64,000 nucleotides of DNA, from contig OZ024740.1 in assembly GCA_964016885.1 (NCBI GenBank), positions 126,542,001-126,606,000 of the forward strand. Direction: 5' to 3'. Origin of the DNA: Eledone cirrhosa. Its lineage: Eukaryota. Below are positions 43,219 to 56,649 of the stretch, in pieces; positions within the stretch are counted from its first letter, which is position 1; each line of letters begins with the position of its first letter. Both the position numbers and the translations under genes were made by a program. A model generated the notes under the pieces. That model had not been told where the DNA came from and searched no databases. It saw only the letters and a program-made list of their open reading frames with translations.

Positions 43219-43264
<46 letters not shown>

Positions 43265-44059
43265 GGGGGGGGGGGTATGTGTGCGCGCGTGTATGTGTGT
43301 ATGGGTGTGAGTGTGTGTGTGTGTAGAAACACATCCGCACATTTGATCATATACGTTAGAACGCTGTTTGTGCATCTGAATATATATCTGCGTTTGCATA
43401 GCAAATGTATTACGTGTATGGGGGTACATTTTAATTTATTACTGACTAAGATATTTATAAATATATATATTCAAACACACACGGCTTATTAATATATTTG
43501 ACGCACACACCCACACCCACTCATATATATATAAATATATATATATATATAATTTTAACCCTTCTGTTGAGAACTCTATTCGATTTGTGATGTTTTTGCA
43601 TTCTTGCAATACCATACACAACTGAATTCATTCGCCTGATATAGGGGTTGCCTCCCTTGCCGATCCGCACGTGGGGTCAGTAATAGTCAGTCATTGTAAT
43701 AATATTGAACTAAAATCTGTTGAGAAAGTGGCTTCCTTGTTCAATCATCTTACTAGAAGCCTAACATTATTTATGTAAGCGGACAGTATTTGATTTAGGA
43801 GCCGCAGAAACCCAAATGCTGGATTTTACCAACCTTCCAGGGGTCCGGGTAAATTTTCAATCACAGATAGTTTTTATTTGTTTGACCCGAAATACTTGAT
43901 CGTTTTTTTGGCTATGCGAATGATTGTGTAACCATCGTCTCAGTGTGATTGGCCTTTAACGTTTGTTATAACTCTGGTTCCTCTGAATCATTGAGCACTT
44001 GCCACACATCTCGGAGGTTGTTTTTCGTTATTTCGTGGGACGAAATGCGATTCTCGATA

Positions 44060-44107
<48 letters not shown>

Positions 44108-44159
44108 GTGTATATATATATGTACATTTATATATATTTATATATATATATATATATGC

Positions 44160-44256
<97 letters not shown>

Positions 44257-44794
44257 GAGAGATGGGATGAGTGGGGGGGCATATAGATATAGAGAGTTGG
44301 AATGGTATGGAGGTATAAAGAAAGAAGTTTTAATATTTAAGAATTATTTTTATCTCATTATATTTATCTCATTACTTATTAAATGACCAACTAATTCTAT
44401 GAATCACTAATTATTTTCAGCTGTAATCTGTTGATGATGAACTACAATTTTTGTTTCGACCCACATCAGAGTACTTACGATATTTATTATAAAGTTTCTT
44501 TCGTACACCCTCGATATCCTAAACCATATCAACGAGACATTATCCGGATGATTAGTGAAGCTTTACTCATCAACTCATTACAATAATTAAATTAAAGCAG
44601 AATTTATGTTCTAGTCTGTGACTCGTAGACCTAAATATATTGTCTTGTGGATGGTACAATCTACACTGAAAGCAATCCGCCACCTCTGCCTATCCTCCTA
44701 AAATGCACACAGCCTCATCTATTACTTGTTTCTTTGAAGTACATAAAATGATATTCTCTTCTACACTGTGATTCAAGCGCATCAACAACTACAT

Positions 44795-45115
44795 TCTGAG
44801 TTCAAATCCCGCCGAGGTTAACTTTGCCTTTCATCCTTACGGGGTCGATAAAATAAAGTACCAGTAATGTACTGTGTAATTGCTGGCCTTGTGCCAAAAC
44901 GTAGAAACAATTATATGAACATAGGCAGACTGAAGAGTTCTGTAAATTAATTATGGTCTACTTTTTTTTCCTCTTTGAGAAGTCGCATATTTTATTGATT
45001 AGAGCGTTGGGCCTTCAATACTGAAGCGTTACGTTTGATTTCTGGACTGCGATAATCATTGTGCTCTTGAGCGAGACACATTATTTTACGTTTCTTTAGT
45101 TCACTCAGCTGGAAA
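44795..45115 (+). mobile_element. Two SINE fragments
   Basis: 44795-44912 matches the 15770 core; 44995-45115 is a decayed tRNA-head SINE. Confidence 0.6.
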
Positions 45116-46995
45116 TCAAATGATTGAGGACATCACTTGTCCCAGGTTGTATCGGCTTTTCCCTTGACAATATTGCCGGCATGGGGACATAGGTGACTGC
45201 ATGTGTTCTACAAATAAACTATATTATGCTACATATGTTCTCACGCATTATCGTTTTTCTAGTTTACATTCCAGGCGGATTAATCTTTATCCATTGGGTC
45301 TTAGAAAGGAAGGACATCACCACATGACTTTTTACAGTAACTTTCAGATCGATGGGAGACATGGTAAAAGAAACTGTGACACCGTGAAACTGTAACACTG
45401 TGAAACTGTGAAACTGCGAAGCAGTATATGGAGACATTGATGCATGCTTCGACAGATGGCTTGATCCAAACTTTCGCAAAAATTCGGATCCAAAATAGGT
45501 ACCTATTGTGCATTTATTGGGGTGAACTTAGGCTACATATTACTACCACTCACAAGAATAGTTATAATTCATAAGTAGAAATGTAACACAGTTTCCGTTA
45601 AATCAATGTTAAACAGAATAGTCGCATAGTATCAAAGATGTGGTAACGTGGGCTTAATTTGGTATTTAGTGAGATCGATCTCGTTAGAACTTATGCACAC
45701 ATCATTTATATTAATGAAACTGTTATACCTCATTTAAATAGCCTATGCTCTTCTCTGTGTCACTTTTCGTTACAAAGTGTAAATTTTGTCTAATCCTTGT
45801 CTCTAATACGAGAGAGTATTGACTATTATCATTTGACATTTTTTTGCGGGTTCCGAATCGATGTGCTGGTATTTTGACAACGTTTAATGACCTCTGTATT
45901 TTAACATGGCATAGAATGCTGTCTATTCTTGTCTCTCGGTTTTATTTGCATTTTGATTTGAATGTTCTATTTAGTGGCATCACGAGACCTAGAACACTTC
46001 GATATTTTCTAGAGACTCTGATTATATTAAATCTATATAGATTTCTTAAGATGTGAATTTTAGTTCACTGTAGATTTATGTGTCTTCCCAATCAGACAAT
46101 TCATCATCTACTGAGGGAAATTAAAGTAATTATAGATATTTAAGTTGTAATTAGACTTAATTCAATAAATTTAATTATCGTATTTGAAAGAAGTGCATGA
46201 AATAAATTTACGTAGAAATTGCAACACACTTTCATTATGTGTATTCTGCAATGCTGAGAATATGGTTATCAAAGCAACAGTTAATCTGTCATCATCTATA
46301 CTTCACTACTTAAGGAATATGTGCGTTGATTATTTAAACTTTGAAAGTGGTGGAGTTGCAGGAATCATAAAACGCTGGACTAAATATATGCCTTAATATA
46401 CTATTTAATCTATATTGCAAGGACATAATTACTCAATAAAATTAAAGATATAGTGTTCCTCATTAGTGATATATAAGTATAATGTTCTGAAAATATGTGA
46501 TGAAAAGATCTGTGATCACCATTTAGATCCGCTGTAATGGCTTTAAATGTGTGTGATAACAATCCCAATCTTGGCATTAGGTAAAAATAGAGGTGGTTTG
46601 CGACCAAGATGTAGAATTCAATATAATAACAAGACAAAACGATCTCTGCATAAAGTTTGATATTCGATGACGTACAGTACGCTGGGTAAATTACTAAGTG
46701 TATATCGTTTCATCTTTCGAAGCCCCTCAGAGTAGAATACGTGCTTAAATGATGTTGAGTTTATGTTCCACTTCACGGGGAAGCCCTTTGAGCAAGTGTC
46801 TACCAGAATTTAGAGACAGATTTGATCAATGAAACATGTGTGGGAAATACGTTTCTCATTTGTTTTTGTAGTAAAGGTAGTCTGTTATGTAAATAAATCA
46901 AAAACTATTACATTTTTATTTCCTAGGGCTGTGACTGTAAACAATGACAATGACATTCAGAGGCCTTCCGAAGACATTAGACATGACTACAAAAG

Positions 46996-47027
46996 GAGAG
47001 AGAGAGAGCGAGAGAGAGAGAGAGAGC

Positions 47028-47089
<62 letters not shown>

Positions 47090-47113
47090 GGGAGAGGGAG
47101 AGAGCGATAGAGA
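46996..47113. repeat. (GA)n microsatellite, representative of the many (TA)n, (CA)n and (GA)n tracts in the window
   Basis: Direct reading. Confidence 0.95.
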
Positions 47114-50100
47114 GGACACTCAGCGTAGAAATGGCTGAACATAGGGGTTTGTGTGGATTCTGTGACTTGGATGCATGGCTGATGAGAGCACAAGTCAGCC
47201 TGGAACACCTCAATGGAAATGCATGAGACTTCTTAGATCTGAGGAGCAGAACATATTTCAAGAAGAGACAGGGGAAGAATTAAGGTGTCAATGGATCAAA
47301 GGCTACGAAACTTCAATGAATATTGTTAAACCGATTAGTTGAGTAGCCTATTTTCTGAAAACTCTTTAGTATTCTAGTGTTAGCCACAACAGTTTACTGC
47401 ACTACAGATCAGGGAAAATACTCTATTGGGTATCTCATCCTGCCTTGTAGAGAGCCGTCAGTTGTTGGGGTCTGAAGTAATTTATGGCCCCGAAGAAAAG
47501 GATAGGTTACTGTGATGGGATCCCAGCTATATTAAATGTGTTAATTTAAATGGAGATTCTTGGTGATTTTAGAACTAGCATTCGGAGTGGGCTGGAAGGC
47601 TCTAGTCACATGCTATTCGTGATTAAAGAGAGTGTGGTGCGATAATATTTTTTTCACGGTCGATATCCATGCGCTGATGTTTATTTTGTGGCTTCGATAC
47701 ACATTTGTCGTCTTCAGTAAATATAAATATAATTATCTAAGAAATAGAAAAGGAATTGGTTAATAAATCAAATTCAGCATATTTGGTGAACATAATTGAA
47801 ATATACATGTTTATATATATAGACACCCATACATCAAATCATAGGTGCGCTAGGTGAGCAATTCCTAAATGACAAAGAAACGAACTACACCGCCATTGTT
47901 TCAGAAACACTTCTTGGGGAAAACATTCTATTCCATTTATTTAGGCATGTATGCATACATTTGTGATTTCGTCCCTGTATATATGCATAGTTTATTGAAG
48001 TTTAAGTAATCAGTGAAGTGAGTTCATTATCGTTGTTTTATATTCAAAATAAATATCGTTCCGTTAATATATGTTATGCAAAAGCATTGAATTAAAACCT
48101 TGATTCATCATATGAAAAAAGAATTGTGTCTCTGTCGAAATAACCAAAGCACACAGTGAATGGCACGAACTGGGAATAATAAGAAAAATGAAAATTCTTT
48201 CAAATACTCAAAATACCCGAGAGATTAAATAAAACCAAAAATGTAAATATCATGCAAAAAGGAAACCAAATCTTATTTGCTTTGTCTGTTATTTTTTGGT
48301 TTTGTTTCTTTCTTCTGTTTATTATCATTTTAGCCTAATATTTCTGATATGACGCCATCTTGACGGAAGTTGCATTCTGATATGTTTCAAATTTCTTGGT
48401 TTGTCTCCCCATGTGTCAGCTATATGGAGCCTCACATTTTCAATCGTAGTCTAAAGCAGTGTATTAATTTTATTCAAATATAAATAGTATGAAAATAAAA
48501 GCAAATACAATGATAGAATTTTCAATTTTTTTCCAGAGCGTCCTGCTTTACCTGGCATCACCACCAACTTAACTTTGACAATGCAATCTATTCCATGATA
48601 TCAGGACTTACACTTTACATCAATATCTAGAGAATTACTGATTGCCTATTGAAAATAGTTTCGAATAATATTAGGGAAAGGTTGTGCAATGTTACACCGG
48701 TTGAAATTTTCTTATTAAAATAGAATTATATTATATTTTTAATTTAATATTTGCAATACTAGTATTTTCAATTTAACTAATGTGCATTCATACATTCCAT
48801 TGCTTTGTTGGAGTGGATTCTCTCTACTCTGTACCGTACAATTCTGTGTCAGCAGGTCATTTAATTCCGCTTGCATTTTAGATATATGTAGGTTTCAATT
48901 GCACCTGTTTTTAAATGCGCTGTTTTCAAATGACGAATATATGAGGCGAGGAATATATGAATACAAATTCGATTAATCATTGTTACAAATACGTTTGCTG
49001 AACTAGTGCATTTGTTTATATAGGGGAGGTTTTGGATTGAAATAAGCTATACAAATAAGAAGTCTATTTGCAAAAAGTTTTGGAAATAATATTTCATATT
49101 CTATTACTCTAATTCAGGTTGTATTTGCAGCTGTTGCATTTCCTGACAGTTTTTTTAATATCTGTACGTGGCAGCTTCGTTCATACAGGTGTAATATTAT
49201 GAGCTAAGTGGCGTACCTGTGTTGTAGACTAAATCTAGTTTAACACAACTAGCTGGCCCTTAGGTATGACAAAATTAGTTAAGTGAAGTTGTATTTGTTT
49301 TCCATAACGTCTCCAAGAAGGAAAGATCGTTTCAGTTTCAATGCAAAGAAGAACTTAAAACCTCGAGAGTTACTGGATCGGCAGCAATTAAACAGAGGAC
49401 AAGTATATTAAAACCTATACAATGTTTATTCCTCCAGCCAGATAGAAATTTTACCAAATTGAAATTCTGTTATTTTCACTATTTCAACAACTGCAATCTT
49501 ATAAATATGTCATTTCCCCAAGGAAAAGTATTCCGTGTGAGTGATTTTGCAAACCGTACAACATTGGAAAACATTAGTATAATTATGTTGATGCTTCATC
49601 TTAGAATACGTTTCATCTTCCAATTTTATAAATATTTTTCGCATAACAAACATATAAGAACTGTTTCATGAACATGCAGAGGAATAAAACTGAATTTCAA
49701 ATATGTTTGTCAATACTTTTTATTTTTCAATATTTGGTCGTGTGGGTTACCTACCTAGCAATCTATCTTTGGTTGTTATGCGAACACCCCGGTTTCTGCG
49801 TATTTTAGTAAAGTTTTTACTTTCATGCATTGTTTGCCACCAGACATTCTACTTTCCATTCATTTGTGAAGTTATTTTAAGAATTATGATTTTCAAAAGC
49901 AAAATGTAAAACATCTTCTATAATACTTTCAAATAAAATACAACTTCAAATTTGGCTTTTACTTAATCCGGTGCTCCTATTTAATATGTAGGAATTAGCT
50001 ATATGAAATTTGCAGAATTAGATTATAAAATATTCCATTTATCATGAACGCATATCTTTACTACAATATACGAGACACTAGACTGATGTAAACGAAGTAA

Positions 50101-51559
50101 AAAGCCATCTCATTTCTTACATAAACATTAAGTTTTCACGAGGAAATCTAATAGCCTTATATTAAGTAGAAGATGCCTTCATTAACAGCAATTCTGGATT
50201 ATAGCTAATTTTAAACATGGAAGACGCCAGGTGTTCTGCTAATGATTGATAACATCTTCATCTCCACATTTAAATTCATCTAACGAGTACCTCCTGCTAC
50301 TCTTCGTAGTGTTTTGATGTTTGCTTTGTATTTTTCTATCAATACAATTCGTTAGGTAATATTCTCGTTCGTTACGGAATTCAATAGAGCACAGTAATGG
50401 TATCAACTGAGTTTTCAAAAAATATTGTTTGCTACAATAGCTTGTTCGGGTAACCGCTAATAAAGTGTCAAACGTGTGTGCTCGATATAACAGTTTAAGT
50501 AATGATATATATGTTTTACTTGCTTACATCAGAGATTGTACATTAATTTGGTTAAATGAAGTGCCTGCTGGATGGGAACGTTATGTTGATAATATTTTTA
50601 CTTCTGGTATCTGTGCATTATACATTTATTGGGCGGTGAAATGGAAGAGTCGTTAAGGCGTCGGATATAATGTTTTACGGTATTCACCCTACGGCATTGC
50701 GCGTTCTGAGTTCACAACCAACCGTGGTCAACTTTGCCTTTCATCCTTTTGAGATCGATAAAAAGAAGTATCAGACCAGGACTGGGGTCGATTCCTCTTC
50801 TATAGAAAAGAAGTCGGCTGTGTTCAGACCTAGAGAAGATTGGGCTCCACCAGGTTTTAATGTGCTCAAGACACGCCGTATGACGGTGCCTCTATGACTC
50901 CACAAGGAGATATGGGATCTTTATCTTTTATGTTGTTAGATCTGATGAATATTGTTTCATGTTATAGCCAGTTTCATCAGTGGCCTCAACAATTGTATGA
51001 AGTAGGTGCATTTGGTTTGTTTTGTATATTATATACGTGCTACCATTTCGTTGAATGTACTGGATGTTGTTATTCAATGAATGATTTATCTTTGCATTGT
51101 TATGTAGTTGGTTTGGATGGTGCTGATGTTCCTAAGTTCACTCCCCCTATTTTATTTGCATTGTGGAAATATTCACCGTCAGCCCAACCATGCACTGATG
51201 AGACTGGCTTAAATAAATACCAATAACAGATCTTTATTTAACATATGTCTAGAGTGAGAATAATGTAATGTGAAGTCCTGGAAATTGGAATACGGGCATC
51301 AACCCTGTGAGAGTTGATATAGACAAGAGTTGCGAACGTATTCAAGGTTATTGAAAATAAGGATCCATCCATAATATTTCTTAGAGTGTTATGTCGATTT
51401 CTCTCATGATGTTGCTAGACCAATAGTAATGTGTTGGGGTGCTATTTTGGGAGCCAATATGTGTGATGGAGATGTGTGGAGACTTCTATAGTAGGTGTAT
51501 GTCTAACGGCATTCCTCTGCTAAATGTTTTGTTCTGTCAGTCTTGGGCAGGTATATAAG

Positions 51560-52520
51560 TAGCCATCAATTCTTCATCTTCCTCTTTACCTTCATCGTCC
51601 ACATATTCCTGACAGAGTCGTGAGGAAAGAGTGCTCAAACACACTCCTTCCACTTGGTCCCGTCAAAAGTAACCGTTTCCAATGACCCTGATGAATCCCC
51701 AAGCGAACAAGCAATGCTCGTGGATGTTATCCAACCAGCTTGCTTGGAGTCTACCTCTGAGTCACCTGCCGGTTGGTTTTGCCCGTAAGATCTGTCCAGT
51801 GATTCTTTCCTAAGACATTCTAAGAACATGCGCATATTATCGTAGTTGTGATATCTCAATTTACTGCTCCGAAACTATAAAACAGAAATATGCCTCTTAG
51901 CACTACTCCCACAAATTCTCGACGACCTGCCATTGTGTGAATATTTCGTCGGCTGTGCTGCGTGCGGGGCGAAAACACCAGTGTTTATCAGCAAGCTTGA
52001 ACTCGACAATCTCCCTGCATCTCTTTGCCAGATACTTAGCATATGCTTTACCGGGGAGGCGTAATAAGGACTTCCCTTTTTAATTACAACAGTCTTCCTT
52101 GTCTCCGTGTTTGAGAATTGGGATTATCACTCCCGATTACTATTGCTTAGGTGCCTTTCCAGAGATCCAGGTTACCGTTACACTCTAGTCAGTCAGATAA
52201 TACCTTCTCTATTTATAGCTTTTAACAATTCGGTCCGAGTTACATATACCCCAGCGGCCTTGCCAATCTTCCAAGTTGTTAAAAACGCGAAGACTAGGCT
52301 ACTTTAAAGGCGGCCTTTACTAGACTCATCATAGCTAAGTCCCTGTGTTGTGTGAGTTGTCTTAGGAGCTACAGACGTTACCAATTGCTCCATACCCCCT
52401 AGAAGTCTACTGCTGTTGTTCCGGGATTGCCTATTCATCCGGCAGCTGCCCGCTTACATCAAAACAAATCACCATATCTGGTCGGTGCATCGTTATCCTC
52501 CAACAGCTACCCGTTCTATA
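51560..52520 (-). pseudogene. RTE-clade RT fragment
   Basis: KSLLRLPGKAYAKYLAKRCREIVEFKLADKHWCFRPARSTADEIF (cf. RGISLL..GK...QCGFRPGRST.DQIF). Confidence 0.75.
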
Positions 52521-52970
52521 ACAGAACAGCCAGTCGAGAATCAAACGCTATTAGTACTTAAATTATTATCATAAACCATTGCTTCGAAAAATACAGAACT
52601 ATATTGTAAAAAGTGATTTAAGATTTATTGTCAATTTCAAAATTATATACTTATTTTGTAGATTAATTTTCGAAAAGTATTTCTTCAATGGGAAACTATG
52701 AAAATGATACAAAATAAAACCAGAATAAAAACGTATACAGCAAAGGAAGCAATATCTGCTAGGGCTGGGTTTATAATGGGACAGATGGGGCATTTGTCCC
52801 GGACGCTCATCCATCAGAGCAACCAATGGCAGCTGGCGAGCCATACAAGTTTAAAGTATATATACACTTATAACTTTATACACTTCAGCTGCGTTACCCA
52901 CTCTACTACCCTACGTATCGAGTACTCTGGTGCATTATGGTCCACTTGGATCTTCACTACACTTTCTCTG

Positions 52971-53002
<32 letters not shown>

Positions 53003-54233
53003 CAAAATGGCGTAGGACAGAAAAAAGGAGAGGCACAGAAACAAAGAAAGGAATCCCCAGTCACTGAAGAGGTCACAAAGTGTGTGAAGAAAGAACTATG
53101 ACTATATATAACCAACTATCTGGTTGTGGAACCAACAAACCAACCAGAAATTTATAAATTTATAAATTTATTATAAATTTATTATAATAAATTGAAGTGA
53201 AAGCAACTGGTGCGTGTGTTTCTTATTGGCAACATGACCCTCCCAAAGTATAACAATATATATATATATATATGTAAGTCAGGATAGATTCAGTTTGAAA
53301 CTGGTCAGACCATTACTCTACAAAGTACACGATTCTTGGGTCAGTGGGCTATGTTCATATTAAAAAGAGTCGTGACCCCCCCCCCCCCCTCCGACCGCTG
53401 AGAATTGCCGTTTCAACATATCCTTTAATAAAGACATCTTTGACAGAGCGGCACCATATTCCAACGCGGTGTTAGTTATAACGGTTTCTTTGGTACAATT
53501 TATTACTCATCTCCTAACGCCAACACCAATAAGAAAAAAGACGTGCAAATAAAAAAAAATGTATTTTCCCCCTTCTCACTCAATGTTAAATCTAATGCGA
53601 ATACAAAATGTTTAGCTCTCCTTGATAAGCACTTCCCCATTGGTCAAAAATGCCGTTCTATCTTTAAGAAACATAGGGTGAACCTGGCTACTCCTGTACT
53701 AAAATTATAAAGGCCCACATCACTACCAACCTTAAGAGCGCTACCCCCCCCCCTGGATGCTCTTGCCGAAGACCAGAATCTTGTCCACTTCAGCCACAAT
53801 GCAACACGCTGTCCCCACGTGGCGAAACATCTATTACGTAATCTTAAGGCCTCCACTGGCTATCTGATATAACAACCCTAGACTTGTATCCTGAATAATC
53901 TATTGTATTCTGATATTCCTCAGTTGCCTCGCGAATATCGATATAACAGGAGTTACCTCGCCTAAGAGAATATATATATACATATATATATATATTGGTA
54001 AACGGAATAGAAAATGCTGACACATTGTTCACAGTTGAAAAATAGTTTAATTAGGAATAAAAGAGTATTAGTAATTGTATGGGTTAGTATTCAGTTGTGG
54101 TTTTAAGTGTTTAAGTTTTTACCGGTTGCGCATTTCTAAATGCTTTTCAAAAATAATCTTGAGATAGAGCGTCCGTGTTGTTTGCTCTTATCTGATTAGT
54201 TTTGGGAATTCTACCTGTTTTTATGTTAAAAAA

Positions 54234-54590
54234 GATAGACCCAACTGTGGCATTTGCATCAACCTAATAGAGGGTTCGGAATTCTATTTCAAAGAAGGAC
54301 AACGTTTTATAGTAAAACACAATTTCACATGTGCATCGGAACATCTAATATATGTATTAACTTGCTCAGGTTGTCGAGAACAATACATAGGCCAGACCAA
54401 AAACAGCCTCCGCCAACGCATGACTGTCCATAGATCCCAAATTAAAATACGGGAATACAGTAAAATACCACTGAGTGAACACATTGATACCTGTGCCGCC
54501 CAAAATCATCCCAACTTCAGAGTCTTTCCACCCACACCCAGCACATCAGCAAGGAATCTTACTTTATTAACAAATACGGACCCCGTCTAA
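54234..54590 (+). pseudogene. PLE GIY-YIG endonuclease fragment (not in the ORF track)
   Basis: Hand translation: RPNCGIC...NFTCASEHLIYVLTCSGCREQYIGQTKNSLRQRMTVHRSQI...PLSEHIDTC. Confidence 0.85.
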
Positions 54591-54722
54591 ACACTTCTCC
54601 CTAAGACGAACCCACAACATACAGACGTCAACATACATACCAACATCAGCACACATCTCTACCCACATATAAACGCAATGACATACGTAAACACACATGC
54701 TCTATGGTGCAACACAAAAAAA

Positions 54723-54762
<40 letters not shown>

Positions 54763-54904
54763 ATATATGTATATATATATATATATAGTGAATATCATTT
54801 CACACCTTTTATTGTTAAGATTTTTGATGTTCTATTAAGAGAACCGGTTTTACTGAAAATATCGAATAATGTACACCATTTTACCAGGGGAAAAAAATAC
54901 TGGT

Positions 54905-54942
<38 letters not shown>

Positions 54943-55158
54943 TCTCTCTCACACACACACACACACATATATATACACACACACACATACATATGCGTAC
55001 ATTAACATACAAAGAGACTTATACACACACACACACACACACACACTTCTCCGTATAAGACAAAAGCTGAAAAATATCTTTTGACATGCTAAAATACCCC
55101 CCTCTCCTTACAGACACATTCCTACTGACCACCCGCTACCACGAATTACTCTGCTATA

Positions 55159-55234
<76 letters not shown>

Positions 55235-55498
55235 TCTTAAAAGCCATTTGAACTGTCAACAGGCTGCGGTTCGCACACACATCTCTGCTAACCATTATCA
55301 CAACATCGAACACTTTATTTTTTACATTCAATTTTTTACATTCACATGACCTCTACCGACCAATCAAAATTGTTTTGACCACAAGAATTTGTGCAACACC
55401 AAGTAGCGCTAGAGCCACTTTTTTAACATAAAAACAGGTAGAATTCCCAAAACTAATCAGATCAGAGCAAACAACACGGACGCTCTATCTCAAAATTA

Positions 55499-55535
55499 TT
55501 TTTGAAAAGCATTTAGAAATGCGCAACCGGTAAAA
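55499..55535 (+). ncRNA. Hammerhead motif, U3:A8 variant with A13C (mirror copy at 54117-54153, - strand)
   Basis: TTT-TTGAAAA-GCATTT(AG)AAATGC-GCA-ACCGGT-A-AAA. Confidence 0.6.
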
Positions 55536-55692
55536 ACTTAAAAACTTAAAACCACAACTGAATACTAACCCATACAATTACTAATACTTTTTTATTCCTA
55601 ATTAAAATATTTTTCAACTGTGAACAATTTGTCAGCATTTTCTATTCTGTTTACCAATATATAATAACTTGTGTGTTACACCTCTATTCTTT

Positions 55693-55744
<52 letters not shown>

Positions 55745-56649
55745 ATCAAACCACAAATAGAAATCATTATGTAACTCTGAAATCCAACAAATTTTCTACA
55801 TTTAAATTTACATTAAGATACCCTCCGCATATAATATTCAATCAGAAATAATAAAGAAGTGGCATTTCAATATTAAGATAAATTGAAATTACCCGTACAG
55901 TTCTTAGTAACGTTTATAAAACTACATTAACAAGCAAACAAAACTTGTAGAAATCACTTTATACAGTGTATATCAGTATAAAAATCATACCCTTCTCCAC
56001 TGAGCTGATTTCCAATAATACAGAAAGAAACAGTGACCAGCATTCTATGATTCTATGTAGAAGGATGATAAATTAAAAGTTTTACTGTAAAGTGTTTTCA
56101 TAAGCAATCCTACCTCCTCCTCATCACCACCAGCCATTGACCACTACATTTATGTTCATCACGACGCTGAAACAACTTTGGAAAGATGTATGTGAGGACG
56201 CCGGATTTATAACATTGAAACGATGCGAAAATATTGAAAATTGGTTCCTCTAATAGGAAAAGAAATTTATAAAAAACAACACTCAGACCACCATTTCATA
56301 TATAAATTAAAAAAAACAAACATTTGCAGAATCAGTCAAACCATCGAACCTAATACCACCTAGCCACAAATCATATTCCTCTCAACCTAAAATGCACACA
56401 AACAACTACAACAGAAAAAAAACTCAGCCAGTCATTTCAACATAGACAATCACAAAATATGTCCCAAAGAACCAAACTCCAAAATAACAAATGACACCCT
56501 ATAACAAACCTTACGAGCTTCAGAATAAATATACCCAGTCTTCATGATATTCCAGCTCAGACCACACAGTAGAATGTCTGTGAAAGGTGTTGAAGTAATT
56601 TCCAAAAAGGAATCATCAGCCGCAATCAAACAAGCAATCTCTGTTTAGC

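Larger units (their letters stand above)
53985..55697 (+). mobile_element. 5'-truncated Neptune-type PLE with an inverted pLTR arm (53985-54234 on - strand)
   Basis: 53990-54234 is the reverse complement of 55418-55662. GIY-YIG at 54234-54590. Both ends lie in (TA)n. Confidence 0.85.

Noticed and set aside
50940-51260. CTGATGA motifs (50965-50985 on -, 51195 on +) as ribozymes
   Set aside because: The GAAA half or stems are missing. At most decayed inverted pLTR remnants.
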